Origin: Blasia pusilla
Taxonomy: Eukaryota
Direction: 5' to 3'
Assembly: GCA_050084515.1 (NCBI GenBank)
Contig: CM114271.1
Span: 558,001 to 622,000 of the forward strand
Length of the DNA: 64,000 nt
Shown: positions 37,191 to 50,562 of the stretch, in pieces
Layout of the letters: each line of letters opens with the position of its first letter
How positions within the stretch are numbered: position 1 is the stretch's first letter
Program-made: the position numbers and the translations under genes
Notes under the pieces: model-generated
What the model saw: only the letters and a program-made list of their open reading frames with translations
Told to the model about the DNA's origin: nothing
The model's database searches: none

Positions 37191-37689
37191 TAAGCAGCGT
37201 CGTTTGCGGATGCGACAGATCATTGTTGTTGCGTTGGTGAAACCCATGCCTGTCGAGACGATTGAGGTAGTGGCTGGGGGTGAGACCCGAGGAGATTGAC
37301 ATACAAAGGATGATCGGGAGAGACACCCTTGGATTTCTTGGGATGTTTTACAGGTACGCCATAAGATTGTAGCCACAACATTGAGCGTGGTGCCAAAAAC
37401 TGCACATGGAAATTCAATTTTGCAGTTGGCTGTAGGGGACCAGTCGAGTTATGTTGTCCGAGACAGGGTTGCACCATAGCAACCACCTACACTAGCGCCA
37501 AAGAGTCCTATCGTAGTCACGATGGAGACTTGGGAGGCACATATGGGCCCAAAGTTGACAGGAGGAGAGCGGCGCCGGATACATCAGTTCCCAAGGAGTT
37601 ATAGGAGCTATTTTGCATTTAGTATGCATGTTTTGAGTACATTGAAGGATCCAAGGATCCGCATGGAGTTGTCGAGTGACAGGCTGATC

Positions 37690-38940
37690 TTCCAATGACC
37701 CTAGAGTGATATGGAGAGGGCTCTGATTCAGAGTAGGAGCCAGGACTTGGTTGGAGCAGGACTATTGGAGATGTCGCATGGAGAGTATGTATCTGCCACT
37801 GTCATGCCCGCCAAGAAGGATGTGCATGGCAACTGGACGGACATGCGGATGTGTGGAGATTACCGACCTATCAATCGGCAGACAAAGTCCGATAGGTATG
37901 CCATGCCCACTCCTGGGGAGATCTTTGATACTATTGGGCATGCAAAGGTCTTCAGTTCTTTAGATCTTCAAGCCGGATACCATCAGTTGCATATCACATT
38001 GGAGTTTTGGGGCATCGATACTCACGGGAAGGATTGCTTGTACCAGTTGCGGTTCTTACCATTTGGGTTAAAGAACACTCCAATTGAGTTTCAGAGGGTC
38101 ATGGATAGGATCTTGGCAGGTCTGGATTTTGCTAGGTGTTATATTGATGACATCGTAGTCTTTAGCGCCAAGGTTTAGGAGCATGAGCGACATCTAGAGG
38201 AGGTGTTTCGACGATTGCAGTAACATTGGCTGAAGCTACATCCAAGCAAGTGCAAGTTCTTCTACGACCAGATTGAGTACTTAAGTCATACGATATACCC
38301 AGGGGGCCTTGGTGTGCAGCAGACAAAGATAGAGGCTATTTCAAGCATTCCACGCCCTACAGATGTGAGTTGAGTTCGTGTACTCATGGGATTGGCAAAC
38401 TTCTATCGACGGTACGTCAAAGGTTTCAGTTCGATTGAGAAGCCGCTAACCTTGCTGAGCAAGGTGGATCAGGAGTGGCACTGGGGGGATCAGGAGGAGA
38501 GAGCATTTTAGTTGCTCAAGGATAGATTGACGTCCGCGCCCATATTGAGGAGATCGATCAGGGGGCGTCTTTTCCAATTGCATACTGATTGGAGCATGTT
38601 GGGGCTTAGAGCCGTGCTCACCTAGCATGGCAATGATGGTAGAGAGTTTATGGTGGCTTACGCTAGTCGCTTAAACAACACTGCAGAGGCGAAGTATAGC
38701 TTGTGTGAGGGTGAATGCTTGGCTGCAGTGTGGGTTGTTGCACATTTCAGATGTTATCTATTCGGAAATCCCTTTACCATCATTATTGATCATCTGCCAC
38801 TTAAGTGGTTGATGAAGTCCGACAAGCTTACAGGGAAGCTTGCGAGGTGGGCTCTTATGTTGCACGAGTACGACTTCCAAGTGATACATAGACCTGGGAC
38901 GCGCAACTAAGATGCAGATGGTTTGAGTCGTAACCCATAC
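37690..38940 (+). pseudogene. pol: Reverse transcriptase and RNase H
   Basis: RMCGDYRPIN, LDLQAGYHQ, LPFGLKN, YIDD (38140-38151); HTDWS, EGECLAAVW, IIDH, LARWAL; many stops. Confidence 0.92.
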
Positions 38941-39299
38941 TCGAGTCAGCGAGATGCAATTGGAGCTCGATGGCATGGAGAGAGTGATGAGGAGTTGGTG
39001 CCAAGATGACACGCGTCAGCCTATTTGGGCTTCTTGGCTATGGAGAGCCAGATTGCTGGGACCTCGATGGCGAGGTTTGATGGAGAGTCCTTAGATCCAG
39101 AGGCCGGTGAGGGGGCAAAGATATTCACGGCGATGGAGTAGTCTTGGAGTACCTGCGTACTGGCAGCGTCGCGAGCAAAGTGGGTGCCAGAGACCGGGAT
39201 CAGATCCTACAGCGAGCTAGACGGTTCCCGAGGGAGGGGACACATGTGTTGCGAGTGTGGGAGGATGGCAGAGTGCATGCAGTGCCTCATCCTTCGTAG

Positions 39300-40380
39300 A
39301 GAGCACGTTTTTTGCGTCATGCCCACGAGGAGTTGTGTCATTTTGGAGTGAAGCAGACGTACAACTTGCTCAAGATTCAGTATTGATGGTGAGGTATGCA
39401 AACTGATGTTCAGTAGTTTGTTGCCAAGTGCATGGTGTGTGATCGAGTCCGGGCATGGTTCAATGCTCCGATTCCATAGTTGCATCCACTTCCAATCATG
39501 GGTTTAGGTTAAAGATGGAGTTTGGATTTTGCAGGACCTTTACCTTTGACGAAGCGCCATAGTCGTTATGTGTTGGTGATGCTTTAGCACTTCTCCAAGT
39601 GGATAGGGTTGGTTGCATTGTCTGACAAAACGAGTGAGGGAGTAGCGTATGCCTTCCTAGATCGGATGCTGAGTCATTACGGCGCACCCGGTGAGGTGTT
39701 GATAGACCAGGGTACAGAGTTCCGTGCGGAGTTTCAGGCCTTGTGTGATCAGGCACTGATAGACCACCGCACTACTTCGCGAGATCATCCTGAGGCGGAT
39801 GGACTAGCAAAGCAGGTTGTGCAAACGGTGAAGAGGATTACGCAAGTATGGCTTGTAGAGAGGTCACCTAGGAGATTGGGACCTTCAGTTGCCCTGATTG
39901 GCGATGAGATACAGATTCAGCATAAAGGTATCCTTAGCGTCTTACTCAATGTACTTGCTTTTGTATGGCCAAGAGCCAGATTTACCCGCGCCGATTCGTC
40001 GAGATGTTGGTGAGGTGTTGAACCTTGATGACCCTGATGTATGGAAACGAGCATGTTCTTATAGGGCTGAATTGTTTCGGAGAGTGATGCCCATGACGTT
40101 TGAGAACTTGGCGATTGCGTTGTATCGGGATACATTGAGGTAGCGACTATTCAGGGAAGTGGTTATCAACCTACTATCCGGAGGTTTCATCAGGGAAATT
40201 ATGTTTATTTGCAGCAGACAACACCCATGACGTTGGATGTGACTGCAGGGCGCACCATCTTGAGAGTGCGTGAGGTTTTGCCATTAGGTGTTCTCTTATT
40301 GGAGGGACGCGATGGTATGGTTTGGAAGGATCATGTGCGTAACTGTGCGCCGTGTCACCTTCCAAACATTGACGGTACAG
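39300..40380 (+). pseudogene. Integrase
   Basis: HHCC (HEELCH...CMVC), LDFAGP, DQGTEF, HPEADGLAKQ. Confidence 0.88.
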
Positions 40381-40418
40381 TTGATCCAAGCTTAGCAGTA
40401 GTTTATGTAAGCTTGCGA

Positions 40419-40559
40419 TGTATGTTGTGTGGTTCTGCCCGTGGTGCAACCACGATGCTAGTCTGTGATGGATGTTCGAGAGGATGACATATGGCATGTT
40501 TGACGCCATCTCTCACTAGGGTTCCTCAGTAATGATGGATGTGTCCGAGATGTACATAG
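40419..40559 (+). pseudogene. PHD finger at the integrase C-terminus
   Basis: CMLCGSARGATTMLVCDGCSRG*HMACLTPSLTRVPQ**WMCPRC, a complete C4HC3 pattern in one frame. Confidence 0.85.
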
Positions 40560-40869
40560 CGTAGGTAGTTATACTTTCCGACTTGTGTCTGTGGCATGGA
40601 TGACAAGAAGGCGACTAACGACGAGGCCGCATGAGCACCCGACCTTCTTGCTCTTAGCGTCCGGGAGATGTATGTCATGGTAGATAGGGATAGATGGTTA
40701 TCTGGAGTTAGAGGGACATAACCACCAACTAGAAGGGCAATTGGAGATATTTTGGTACTTCTTGTTTTGTTTCTTGGATGCCATGAATTAGCATGAGATT
40801 GTGCGTGTTTGTGTGTGTGTTCGATGACAACGATGCATGTTACATAGCGATATATATGCACACAATAAT

Positions 40870-41228
40870 TATCACATCTTTTAGAATAGATCATTGTGAT
40901 CTAGTAGAGTACAATCACGAGTAGTAGAGGACAGACTCAGGAAGTCGAAGATGATACGTTTCGGCACATTTGAATTCATATTGAAAAGCTTACTATTTTA
41001 GATAATTATCGTTTTGAGTATTTGGTATACTTTCTATTTTAGGAAGTGGCCCTTGACCCGGTGTAGGAGGTCAAGGAGTTGACTTGCAAACACATGTTAC
41101 CATGGAGAGAACTTGGACGAGGGGAAGGATATACTTCAATGAGAAAAAGTTGAGAACTCATGATCTCTTTGTTGAATCTTTTCACACGAGACGGCGGAAT
41201 TATGATCCCTTGTCTTATCAATATAACA
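40870..41228 (+). repeat. Diverged family-A 5'-segment copy
   Basis: tatcacatcttttag...gatctagtagag...cacatgttaccatg...tcccttgtctt matches 29580-29962 with many differences. Confidence 0.7.
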
Positions 41229-43422
41229 AAGTTTTCTATATCCACTTTATTATAAAATAAACCTCATAAGACGACAAAAAAATGTAATAACAACTCAAGA
41301 GAGTAAAAAAATGTATACAAGAATGCAAAAAGAAAATCAAACAAGCCAACGCAAACATCGGCTCAACGAACTACACGATTGATAGTCTGAAACAAATATG
41401 ACAAAAACACGACTGGTTGGTCAGACGTGAATGGACGACAAGGCGAGCCACCCCTCCTCGGTGCACACTCAAGTGCGTGCCGAGCCTTTAGGGTCGAAAC
41501 TTGTCCTTGTACAAGCAAATCTAAAACTCTTCAACCGGACAACATGTCCTCTGATTAATTTTATGGCAATCGCAAACAAAGCCCATTTACATAAGAGAAG
41601 CTCGATCTTTCATTTCTAATCCAGAGTTCCAATACATAACCCCAGGCCAAGAAATGGTGTATCAGCACTCGGGACTTTAACAAGCCCGTAATAGCTAAGC
41701 ATACCCCACATAAAGTACTATGCCGAGTTATTGCATCCATGCAGTCCACACAAATAATAGCCCGACACACATCACCCTTTAGAGGATAACCGAGATTCTA
41801 TGAATCACAACTTCCCTTTCGAGAAAATAACACTTCAAGCAGAATAGAGTATGCAATCAGTCTCATGAGTAGACTTTCAGATTTGAGGAAATACACTCAA
41901 TTTCTCATTCATGCAAAGAGTACATCTACCTTGTATCAAGAGTAAGCCCCACCAACACTCCCGAGTGACTCAAAAGCCAGAGGAGTGGCATACTCAAACA
42001 AGGGCCTCAAGACATGATATTAAGTAATGTCAAGATACCTACCATAACTCTTCAAACTACCTGTATCCCTTCACTATACCAGTCTTCAAAGTAAGCCTTC
42101 CCTGGTATTTTACACCCACAGCAAGAGATCAATTTCCCCAGGCCATCATCATAGTAATTACCACTGTGAGTTGATCAAGAGGCTTTGCCCGGAATTCCTA
42201 GAGGCAACCAGACACAAGTCCGCATAGGAAACAAGGAAATCAGAACATATGGCAGTAAATCCTGCATGCAGCCCGCAAGAAAAGCATGTCAAAATCACAA
42301 GCCATGGAACCATTCAATATAATCCAAATATCGGTGGACCCACTATACAATATTCAAAATGTCAACCTTGGGTGAGAGTTCTCACCTAAACTATTGGCTC
42401 GCCATATGATTGAAACCCGCTGTACTTCCAGTGGTGCTCTTGCGTGCAGCATTGTCTCTTACTAAAATGCTCACAGGGAAGTATCCCTGAAATGCAGTCA
42501 AACACCTCACTCCTCCATGAGTACAGGGATGGCCAGTGGCTGAAGCTCAGATGGCAAAACGGCTGACGCTCTGATTCTCAAATTGCTATAAGGCTCTAAC
42601 CAGCCCTGCAAAATAGCATGAGTGATGTGTCATTCAACTGGTTAAAAAACTAGCTGTCGACAAGCTAGGAATCTGTTGAACCAAGACATCACAAAATGCT
42701 GAAAGCAGTCCTGTCAACAGTAAATGACCACCATATCTACTTCCACCTCATCTGCTTACTGAGAGGTCCAAACCATAAGTCGTCACAGTAATCAAGTCAA
42801 TTCCTAACGGACATGTCAACGAGCACTGATATAACTGAGCCAAGATTCACTCACCCAACTCATTGGGAGCAGATGCAACTTGTGCCCATACTGGGCTTGC
42901 TTCGACTAATACCCTAGATCTTAACAGATCTTGGGTCATCTCATCCACTTAACCACCATGCACTCCCTGAACTTGCAGCCCTAACTGCTACTTTGCGATA
43001 GTGATCTGCATCTTCTCTATTTTAAAAAAAAACCTCACTGATCAGGCTGAGCGAACTCTTGTGCCACTTGAGGAAAAAACTTGACTGGGTTAAGAGCTCA
43101 CTTTCTGTTAGCAGGGGTCTGGGAGAAAAACCCTGTAAGAACCCCATGCCAGATAGAAAGAGTAGAGGCTACAGCGAAGTAACCTCTTTGCCAAATCTCT
43201 CATGAACCCCGAAGTGTTCCTCTTTAAGTGGGCCTACACACTGTAAATTCGATTCATGCTGCCTATGCCTCTCTCAGTATTTGCCTGCAAAACTCCCTGC
43301 CATCACAAAAATTTATAACTTCTGTATGCGCCAGTATGTGCACTGTCTTTGTCGTAAGATACCCTGATTCTCCAATTGACTTCATGCACATTGTGCTGGC
43401 AGGGGCAGGCCGGGCCGCGTCC

Positions 43423-46098
43423 TCAACGGCGCCGGGCATGGTTGAAACTTGTATCAGGCTGCTGTGGATGAGGCTGACCATCAATTCCACAAGTCAGTTT
43501 GGTCAGTCACTCATTGAAGTGCATTTTCAGGTCATCCAAATAGCTCCTAAAAGTCCACACAACAAATAATGAAATGGAAAGATTTAGCAAGTAGGATTCA
43601 CACCTGAGAAATAGACTGTTGGAAACGTTCGTGAGGGTGCATGTATGCCAAAGAGTGGCCAGGGTAAGCATATTGCGGACCATGCATATACATTGCCACT
43701 GCAGAATGAGGGCCAATTTGACCTTGAGTGAAGGGCCCCATCAAAGGATCTGGAGGCCTGAAACTCATATTCCCTGGGACAGGAGTGCCCCATGGAGGTC
43801 GCATACGCTGCTGAGGGATCGGGGGAGGTGGTGGTGGCTCCATGTGAATTTGGGGCCTCGGACCTGCTAACTGTGGGAATTCCGTGTTGTAATTTACCAC
43901 AGGGGTATATATTGCTTGCATACCAAACGGACCCAAGCTCATACCAAAACCTGGATCAAACCGCTGAGAGTACCTGCAACAAAGTTAGTGGCAAACATGT
44001 CAGCAACTAAGTAATAATAGCAGTAGAGTAGGAGCACTTCCAATCCCACAACCGAATGCAGGGCTGCAAGCGCAAGATTGGATCAGAGTTGATCAGCTCT
44101 GTACACACAAGGCCAATCACAACACCTACGAGGCTTCATCTGGTGAAAATGACCATATTGAATTAACTCTACACCATTATGAGACTGAATGTTGGCCAAT
44201 ATACTTCAGACTTGTACCTCCATCGATAAATGAGTCACTGGGACCCTGACACAAGGACTTTGCATCACGGATAGCTTACCTATCATAGCTCCGATCGTAG
44301 TCCGGATCTTTGCGATCCTTCTCACGGTCTCGGAAGATGGCGACCCGACTGTTATTGCCATTCAATAACTTGTTCCTACTAAAACTTTCCTTGTCGAAAT
44401 TGGCACTATTCCTCGCCTCACTCAGAGAGTAATCGCCCAGCACTCTAACAGGACTGTCTCTTCCCTGTGATCCCTCGGCCTTATACTTCTCATCAGGTTT
44501 AAGGACCTCCTCTACGGTGGAACAGTCTGTCAGTCTCAGATCATCCAGAGCCGCTGGTTCAATTTCACAACCCTTACTGGCTAGCTCATTGCTAAAAATT
44601 CTGGCCCTCGCCTTGTTGTATTCCTCCTTCCTTTCTTCCACACTCTTAGAAGGGTTGAGTCTGTTACCATAGCCAGAGCCACTTCCATCACCATTGGCTC
44701 GACCCCCTTTGGACGGTCTCTGCTTGATGGCGACTTTAGGCATTGAAACGAGGACTGGTTTCTCTTCCTCGGGGGCATCAACTGGAATGTCTGCTAAACG
44801 AATTGTGGGGTATCGACTCTCCGCATTCTTGCGGGCCACAATTCTACTTCCCTCTGTAGATCCGCTGTCGACCACCAGAGATTGCAGAAAATAATGCTGG
44901 GCGACCCGATGAGCCGCAAGCCTCAGGTATGAAGACGGCATAGGTTGAAATTCCAGTTGCTGTTGCTTTGAATTGCGCATGAACCTCTCAACCTCCTGCT
45001 CCAGACGTAAAACTGACAGAAGAACAAAATTTGATCGAAAATAAGTATGGGAACTTCACTCTTCCCGCTACAAACAAATCGAATAACTCCAACATACCAC
45101 ACGGCACCTTGCATGGGGTGCTCAGTCCTGACGAAACCAGGATCACCCCTACTCGGTAACATCACCGGCGTCACTGAAGCATGCACAGGGAAGTTCTACA
45201 ATAAAAGGTAACGAAAGGTGTACGCTACTCCAGCCTCTGAAATCCACACTGACCGCTAAAGAATTCGTGTCCTAGACACGGGAGGTACTCAGGAAACAGA
45301 AGGTGTAGGTTGACCGGAGCACACATCACGAAATCGTGGTCTAATCCCGACTCAAGCAGATGATGCCTTCAAAACTTCCGCAGATGCAAGAAAAGGAGTG
45401 ACCGATGAGACAAGTAAACGCAGACACTTCCACAAGACGAGTACGATAGCCCAAACCGACTTCATACTCTAAGACTCAGCAATTGGGCACCCTTTACTAA
45501 TCATGTACCAAGAGACACAAGGGCAAAACCAGTATTCCTGAGGAAACTGTTACCGAAGAAATACAATATCATCGACCAGAGTTCAGGGTACGTTACATTC
45601 TCTGTGGGTCAGGCACGATTTACTAAAAGACGGTCTGTCTAACCAGCAACGCGGGGCTCGGGAAATAGGAACAAAATATAGTCATAGACAAACTTTGGCC
45701 CTATCTCCAATCCCCAAAGACCTCTTTAAGAGTATACATAAAAGCAGCCGCAACAAGACGCAACCTTACGCAGAGATCGGGAACAGTCCCGCAAACTTAC
45801 TCGTGAGGCGGTCCCGCGGGTTCTGCAAAGCTTCTCGCAGGAAGCCATCGACCTGATCAACGGTTTTGGCAGCTCCAGAAGCGTTCTCGGAGGATACTCC
45901 CAACTCTCCCTCCAAGTTCTCGAGAGTGTCGCACCCATCAACGTTAGAATCAGCAGAAAATTTCGAAGAGGCCATCAAGGTCTTCATGCTTTCCTCCAAA
46001 TCAGCCATCTCCCACGACTCGGGGGGTCCCTCTTCCTCGACCCCACCATTCTTCGAGCCCCCCAAAGCCTCCATGCCTTCTGGAAGCCTCAAACCCAT
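43423..46098 (-). CDS. R3H/SUZ-domain single-stranded nucleic-acid-binding protein (~483 aa). Exons 46098-45801, 45012-44280, 43973-43604, 43473-43423
   Basis: PESWEMADL, VDGFLREALQNPRDRLTILRLE, SYLRLAAHRVAQHY (R3H), KSVEERKEEYNKARARIF (SUZ), RVAIFRDREKDRKDPDYDRSY; GT-AG introns in phase; the start codon could instead be the downstream ATG (MEALGG). Confidence 0.9.
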
Positions 46099-49000
46099 CA
46101 GACGACTTTCTATTCACCGCTTACTGCATGACCATCCAACGAAGTGGATGCGCACCAACACTTCATACATTGTGTTCAGCCCGCAACAAACCCTTGATGC
46201 GAGGAATGTCGGAAATCCAAGAGAGCCAACAGCCACCGAAACAACCTCAAGGTGACCTGCTCGTCAGTTGCAAGGGACTAGGCAGCACCTCGCTGACACC
46301 TCCAGGGCTGATTTCTCACGCCCGTTCCAGAGCAGCCCTAAATCTGACCGAACCAACTCCCCTACCGAGAAGCCACGGAATTCCGCGTCGCGTAGGGGCC
46401 AATTCGATCGAGATCAATCACCCGATACCCGTCCTCTCCCTGCCCCGACAATGAACGCCCCCCAAGCCTTCAGCCTCTCCTACCAGCAGCCAGAAATCTC
46501 CCACCCTCCAAGAACCACTAGGTTTCTTCGACAAATCCTGCCACCTTAACTCGTTCTCGGTCCTCACCCGCTATCTCGAATCCCCCAGAGCGCACAAATC
46601 GTGTTCTCTGAAACCGCCTGGCTACCCCGTCCTCCTCTCCCGCTCCTCCCCACGCTTCCTCCCACACCTAGGGTTTCAACTCCCTCACCACACTGCCACT
46701 CGCATTCCCTGACCCACGCCCCCCATCCGACATGCACCCTGCCAAGATATCCCACACCCCTCCCCGTCTCTCGCCCTCCACCGCAGCGACCACCATAGCC
46801 GCTCCACCATCACCGTCTTCCCCTCCTCTCCTCTCTCTCTCGTTCCCCCACACCGTCTCCCTCTCACAAAACACCACAGCACCTCTTCTGCCGCCCTCTT
46901 CCCGATCGCTACTTCTCCCAGTTCGTGTCGACCTCTCTCGCAGCCCCGCCAACACCACCACAGCGCGCGCCCGCCGTCAGGCTATGGTGGCAGTCCACTC
47001 CCTACTTGCTGAAGAGAAGACAATCGACTCGGCCTCCAGTCTTGTTGGCGCTCCGTCGCGTGCCCGCCTGCCCAACGATCCAGAAGGGAGGGGAGGGGAG
47101 GGGAGCCCTATGGAGAGGAGCCACACGGCGTTGCGATACTGCTCGCTGTCTGGGTCGTGGCAGGCGGAGCGAACCGGGGCGGGACAGGACGGGCGAGGCG
47201 CGGGGGAGCCCGGGTCAGGGCGAGGGAGCGGCGACTCGCCGATGGGGGAGCGGAGCTGCTGGTGGTGGTGGGGGGGGGCATGGTGGCGATGCGGCCCCGT
47301 GGAGTCGTCCGATCGGAGACGTGGAGACATCGCAACGGCTGTGAGTCCTTCGGACCTAACAGGCCCACCACTGTTTTAACCGGCGGCAGATTCATATTGT
47401 CGGCCAAAGAGAGCGGAGGCGATGGACCGCCTTTACACGTCACGATGGAGACTCCAGAGGCGATGCCATGGAATCTTCCCCGGGGAGAGCATATAGGTCG
47501 TGGTCTTGGTTTTTCTAACCTGGTTAAAAGGACAGCTACAAATGACCATGTCCGCGAAATGGCCGGAATTTATCTATATCCCATTAATTATAATAATATT
47601 TTAAAATCGCATAAACTAATCGGGGTATGGATTGGAAGTGAAAATAATTTAAATTATCTATGGTTACCCTAAAATGTGTGATCTAATAATTTAAGTGACG
47701 GGCCAAAACCGAATGACCTAAGTGGCAAGCTCGTGTTGGTCAAAATGGTCTCGGGTAAACATCTCAAGACAAGTGTCTACGAAAATAACATAAATTATTT
47801 ATTAATAGAAAATCAAGTATTCATTTATATTATCATGGGAGAGTGCTTTTTTGATTTGCAAATATCTCTATGTTTGATACTTGGCAACTAGACAGCAAGA
47901 AAATGTTTCTCATGGTAGGGACAGCAAACAAAAATTTGAATTTGTGTGCAACATCATTAATCTCTTCCCTTCACGGGTTATACACTAACAAAAGTTCTTC
48001 AAACATTTTTTTTTTTCTCGTGCATCGCACATACACCTTACTAATTTGTTTGAATTTTGAAGTCTCGCTAGGGATGATACTCTCATTTTGTTCCACTGCC
48101 TATTTCTATTTTTCTTCATTGAATAATTCTTTTGTTAGTTGCTCCCACGAATATTTTATTCTTGGGCAAGTAACATGTATAGCTTTTTTTACCGCGAATC
48201 ATAACTCCATTGTTTTGTAACAATATGAATTGTCAATGTCTATCTATATCTTTGTTTTTGGAGAGGAGGTGACTTGGCTTTTTCAAACATATCAACTCAT
48301 GAACTATGTCCTCTTGGATATGGATTTCATGTTTTCAAGGATCATCTCCGATAGAATTGAAAAATGAATGAAGTTGAGTCGAGTACTTTTCTAGTGAAAA
48401 GAAAACCCAAAGACATATAGGATCCCTATATATCTATATTATCATTAGAGACAAGCCTCTTAATAACAAACATCTCCCTATTCGACACATATCCTCTCGG
48501 ATGGCATCCTATTGTGACACTTGTCTCGTCTAATTAGTTAGTCATGTCTAACTAAGTTAGGGCACGAGAATGTACCAATGGTGCTCATCATTAGCCCATG
48601 CATAGTAGATGCATCCACTTGTGTCTACTTAACCCGTGAGCATAGTCAAGTCATAAACAAACGAAAGGCACATAATGTGTCCTTGAGTATTGGTGATCCA
48701 TGCCTAGGTAGGGAACAACATTGCCATTGGATTAAGACCGACCCTAATCGTCCACAGTGAGATTGGAGAGAGGGAGAGAGTGAGGGAGGGAGGAGGGAGT
48801 AAAGGGAACAAAAGAGGTCTAAATATTGCAAAATTGTTACTTTTCTCCTTCGTCGCGTCTCTTACTACTTTTTAAATATTTTAAAAATCTCAATATTTTC
48901 TTTGAAAATTCCCCTCATATTCCACCTTATTCGCCATCCACTCTATTTTCCCTATTCTCCCCTATATATATAGGTTTATTCGACTTTTCTCTCCAATTAT

Positions 49001-50109
49001 ATATTTTAAAGATTAAAATTCATAGTATTTAACCCAGTAAAAATTAATTTTTGAATAAAATTAAACCATCTCTATTCTAAAGATAGAATACATTTAATTT
49101 CTTAAAGCTTCAAACATCAAAATTTTGAGATGTGCTTTGTATATGTTGGTTCATCTTCCCTCTAAAGTACTATTGGAGAACATGCTTTGGTTCTATCAAG
49201 CACCCTACATAATAACACATGTCATTTCAGGTAGCCTTATGAGTAACGATTTCAAGCATATTTGAAAAATGAATTGTTTGCCATCACGAATGAAGCTTGC
49301 TCTTAAAGAAAGGGGAAGGAGTCATAAATGAGAATTCGTTATACTAGCAAGGTGGTTATATGATGTGGAGGTAATTATTTTTGTTTTCAATGGTTGACAT
49401 AGTGACAACACTGCTAGGGATTGAGGTGTTGACATGACTTCATTGTGAGTCCACTTTATGCAACTTCGATTTGCAAGTCTAGACAATTGTTTTTGCGTCG
49501 CAAATGTGTTAACTTAAACTGAACTTGCCATGGACCCATAAATATGATATTAATCATATTTTTTTAATATTTAATATTATTGATGAGTTTATATAAACAT
49601 TGAGCTCCGCTATCCTATTTTCGACTGTTGTTCTATCCAACTTTTCCCATGGCCTCTTCAAATTGCCTCGGCACACCCTCGAGACTGTGCACTCTCGGTC
49701 CGCACTTCCTTGGCCCCTGCTACGCACTCCCGTGTACTTGCATTTCACCCTCCTTGCGGCTCCTTCGATTGTGAGCGCCTCAACCTGGAAAGTATCCGTT
49801 TTCTTCCGAGCTATGCCTTCCGGCTCCCCACTTCCGGCTACCCTCCTGTTTTTCTTGATAGCCACCCTCAGGGCGGCTACAAAAACCTGAACTCGTTCTC
49901 GCCATGCATAAAACCGCTCGTGCCACACTCAAGCATTCTCTCCTATCAATAAGCACCAACAAACTCTTCAAAAAATGGACTGCGCTTTTGCGCACGGTCT
50001 TCCAAACTAAAACTAACACACAAAATCCCAACTACCATTTCCAGGAGCTCCCAACCGAGGCAACTCGCTTGCCTACCTACAAAAAACAAATTCCCCTTGC
50101 CCCCTCACA

Positions 50110-50562
50110 TCTTTCTCATGTAAAAATAAGAGAAAAAATGGCACACTCGGCCTAAAACTCCACTCTTGAATCTACATTGGCATATCGAGCCTGGTCCACC
50201 CTTTGCTGTGAGAGAATCCGAACACTAGCACCCTAGTTCCTAGCTCACACACGAGCAAGAGAGGTGCTCCAACGGCCCAACATGAGAAAGATGGCTTGGG
50301 AAAGCCATCTCTCTCCCTAAAAATAACAATCCTCCTGGTAACCTACGCGCACAGGTTACCAAGGGCGGGTGACCTGCTCAACAAGTCACCCGGCTATGAA
50401 AGACCCAAATACGAAAGTCATTGGAAACGACGTTCCTAACACAACGGACCTATCCTCAACCCCATCCAACATCTCATGATGAAGTTACACTCAAGACAGT
50501 TTGCTGGTTCTCTATATTGTAGCCACGAAACATCTCTACTTATCGGCTACTAAGATGTGACA
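50110..50562 (-). repeat. Family-B 5'-segment copy
   Basis: Reverse complement begins tgtcacatctta; shares agagatggctt...aagccatct and gttttaggccg with 32473-32970. Confidence 0.75.

Larger units (their letters stand above)
29580..40850 (+). mobile_element. Decayed Ty3/gypsy retrotransposon encoding a C5 DNA methyltransferase and a C-terminal PHD finger
   Basis: Collinear plus-strand gag, PR, DNMT, RT (YIDD), RNase H, integrase and PHD. The boundaries are inferred from family-A terminal segments and are approximate. Confidence 0.85.

Noticed and set aside
40870-41228. As the cognate 3' LTR of the DNMT element
   Set aside because: It is visibly much diverged from 29580-29960, is truncated, and is ~130 bp from the purine tract. 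Treated as a separate family-A fragment, though not fully excluded.
46732-47672. Long overlapping GC-rich ORFs (215, 171 and 139 aa)
   Set aside because: Low-complexity sequence in the upstream region of the R3H gene; ORFs occur in several frames as expected from GC content; no motifs.
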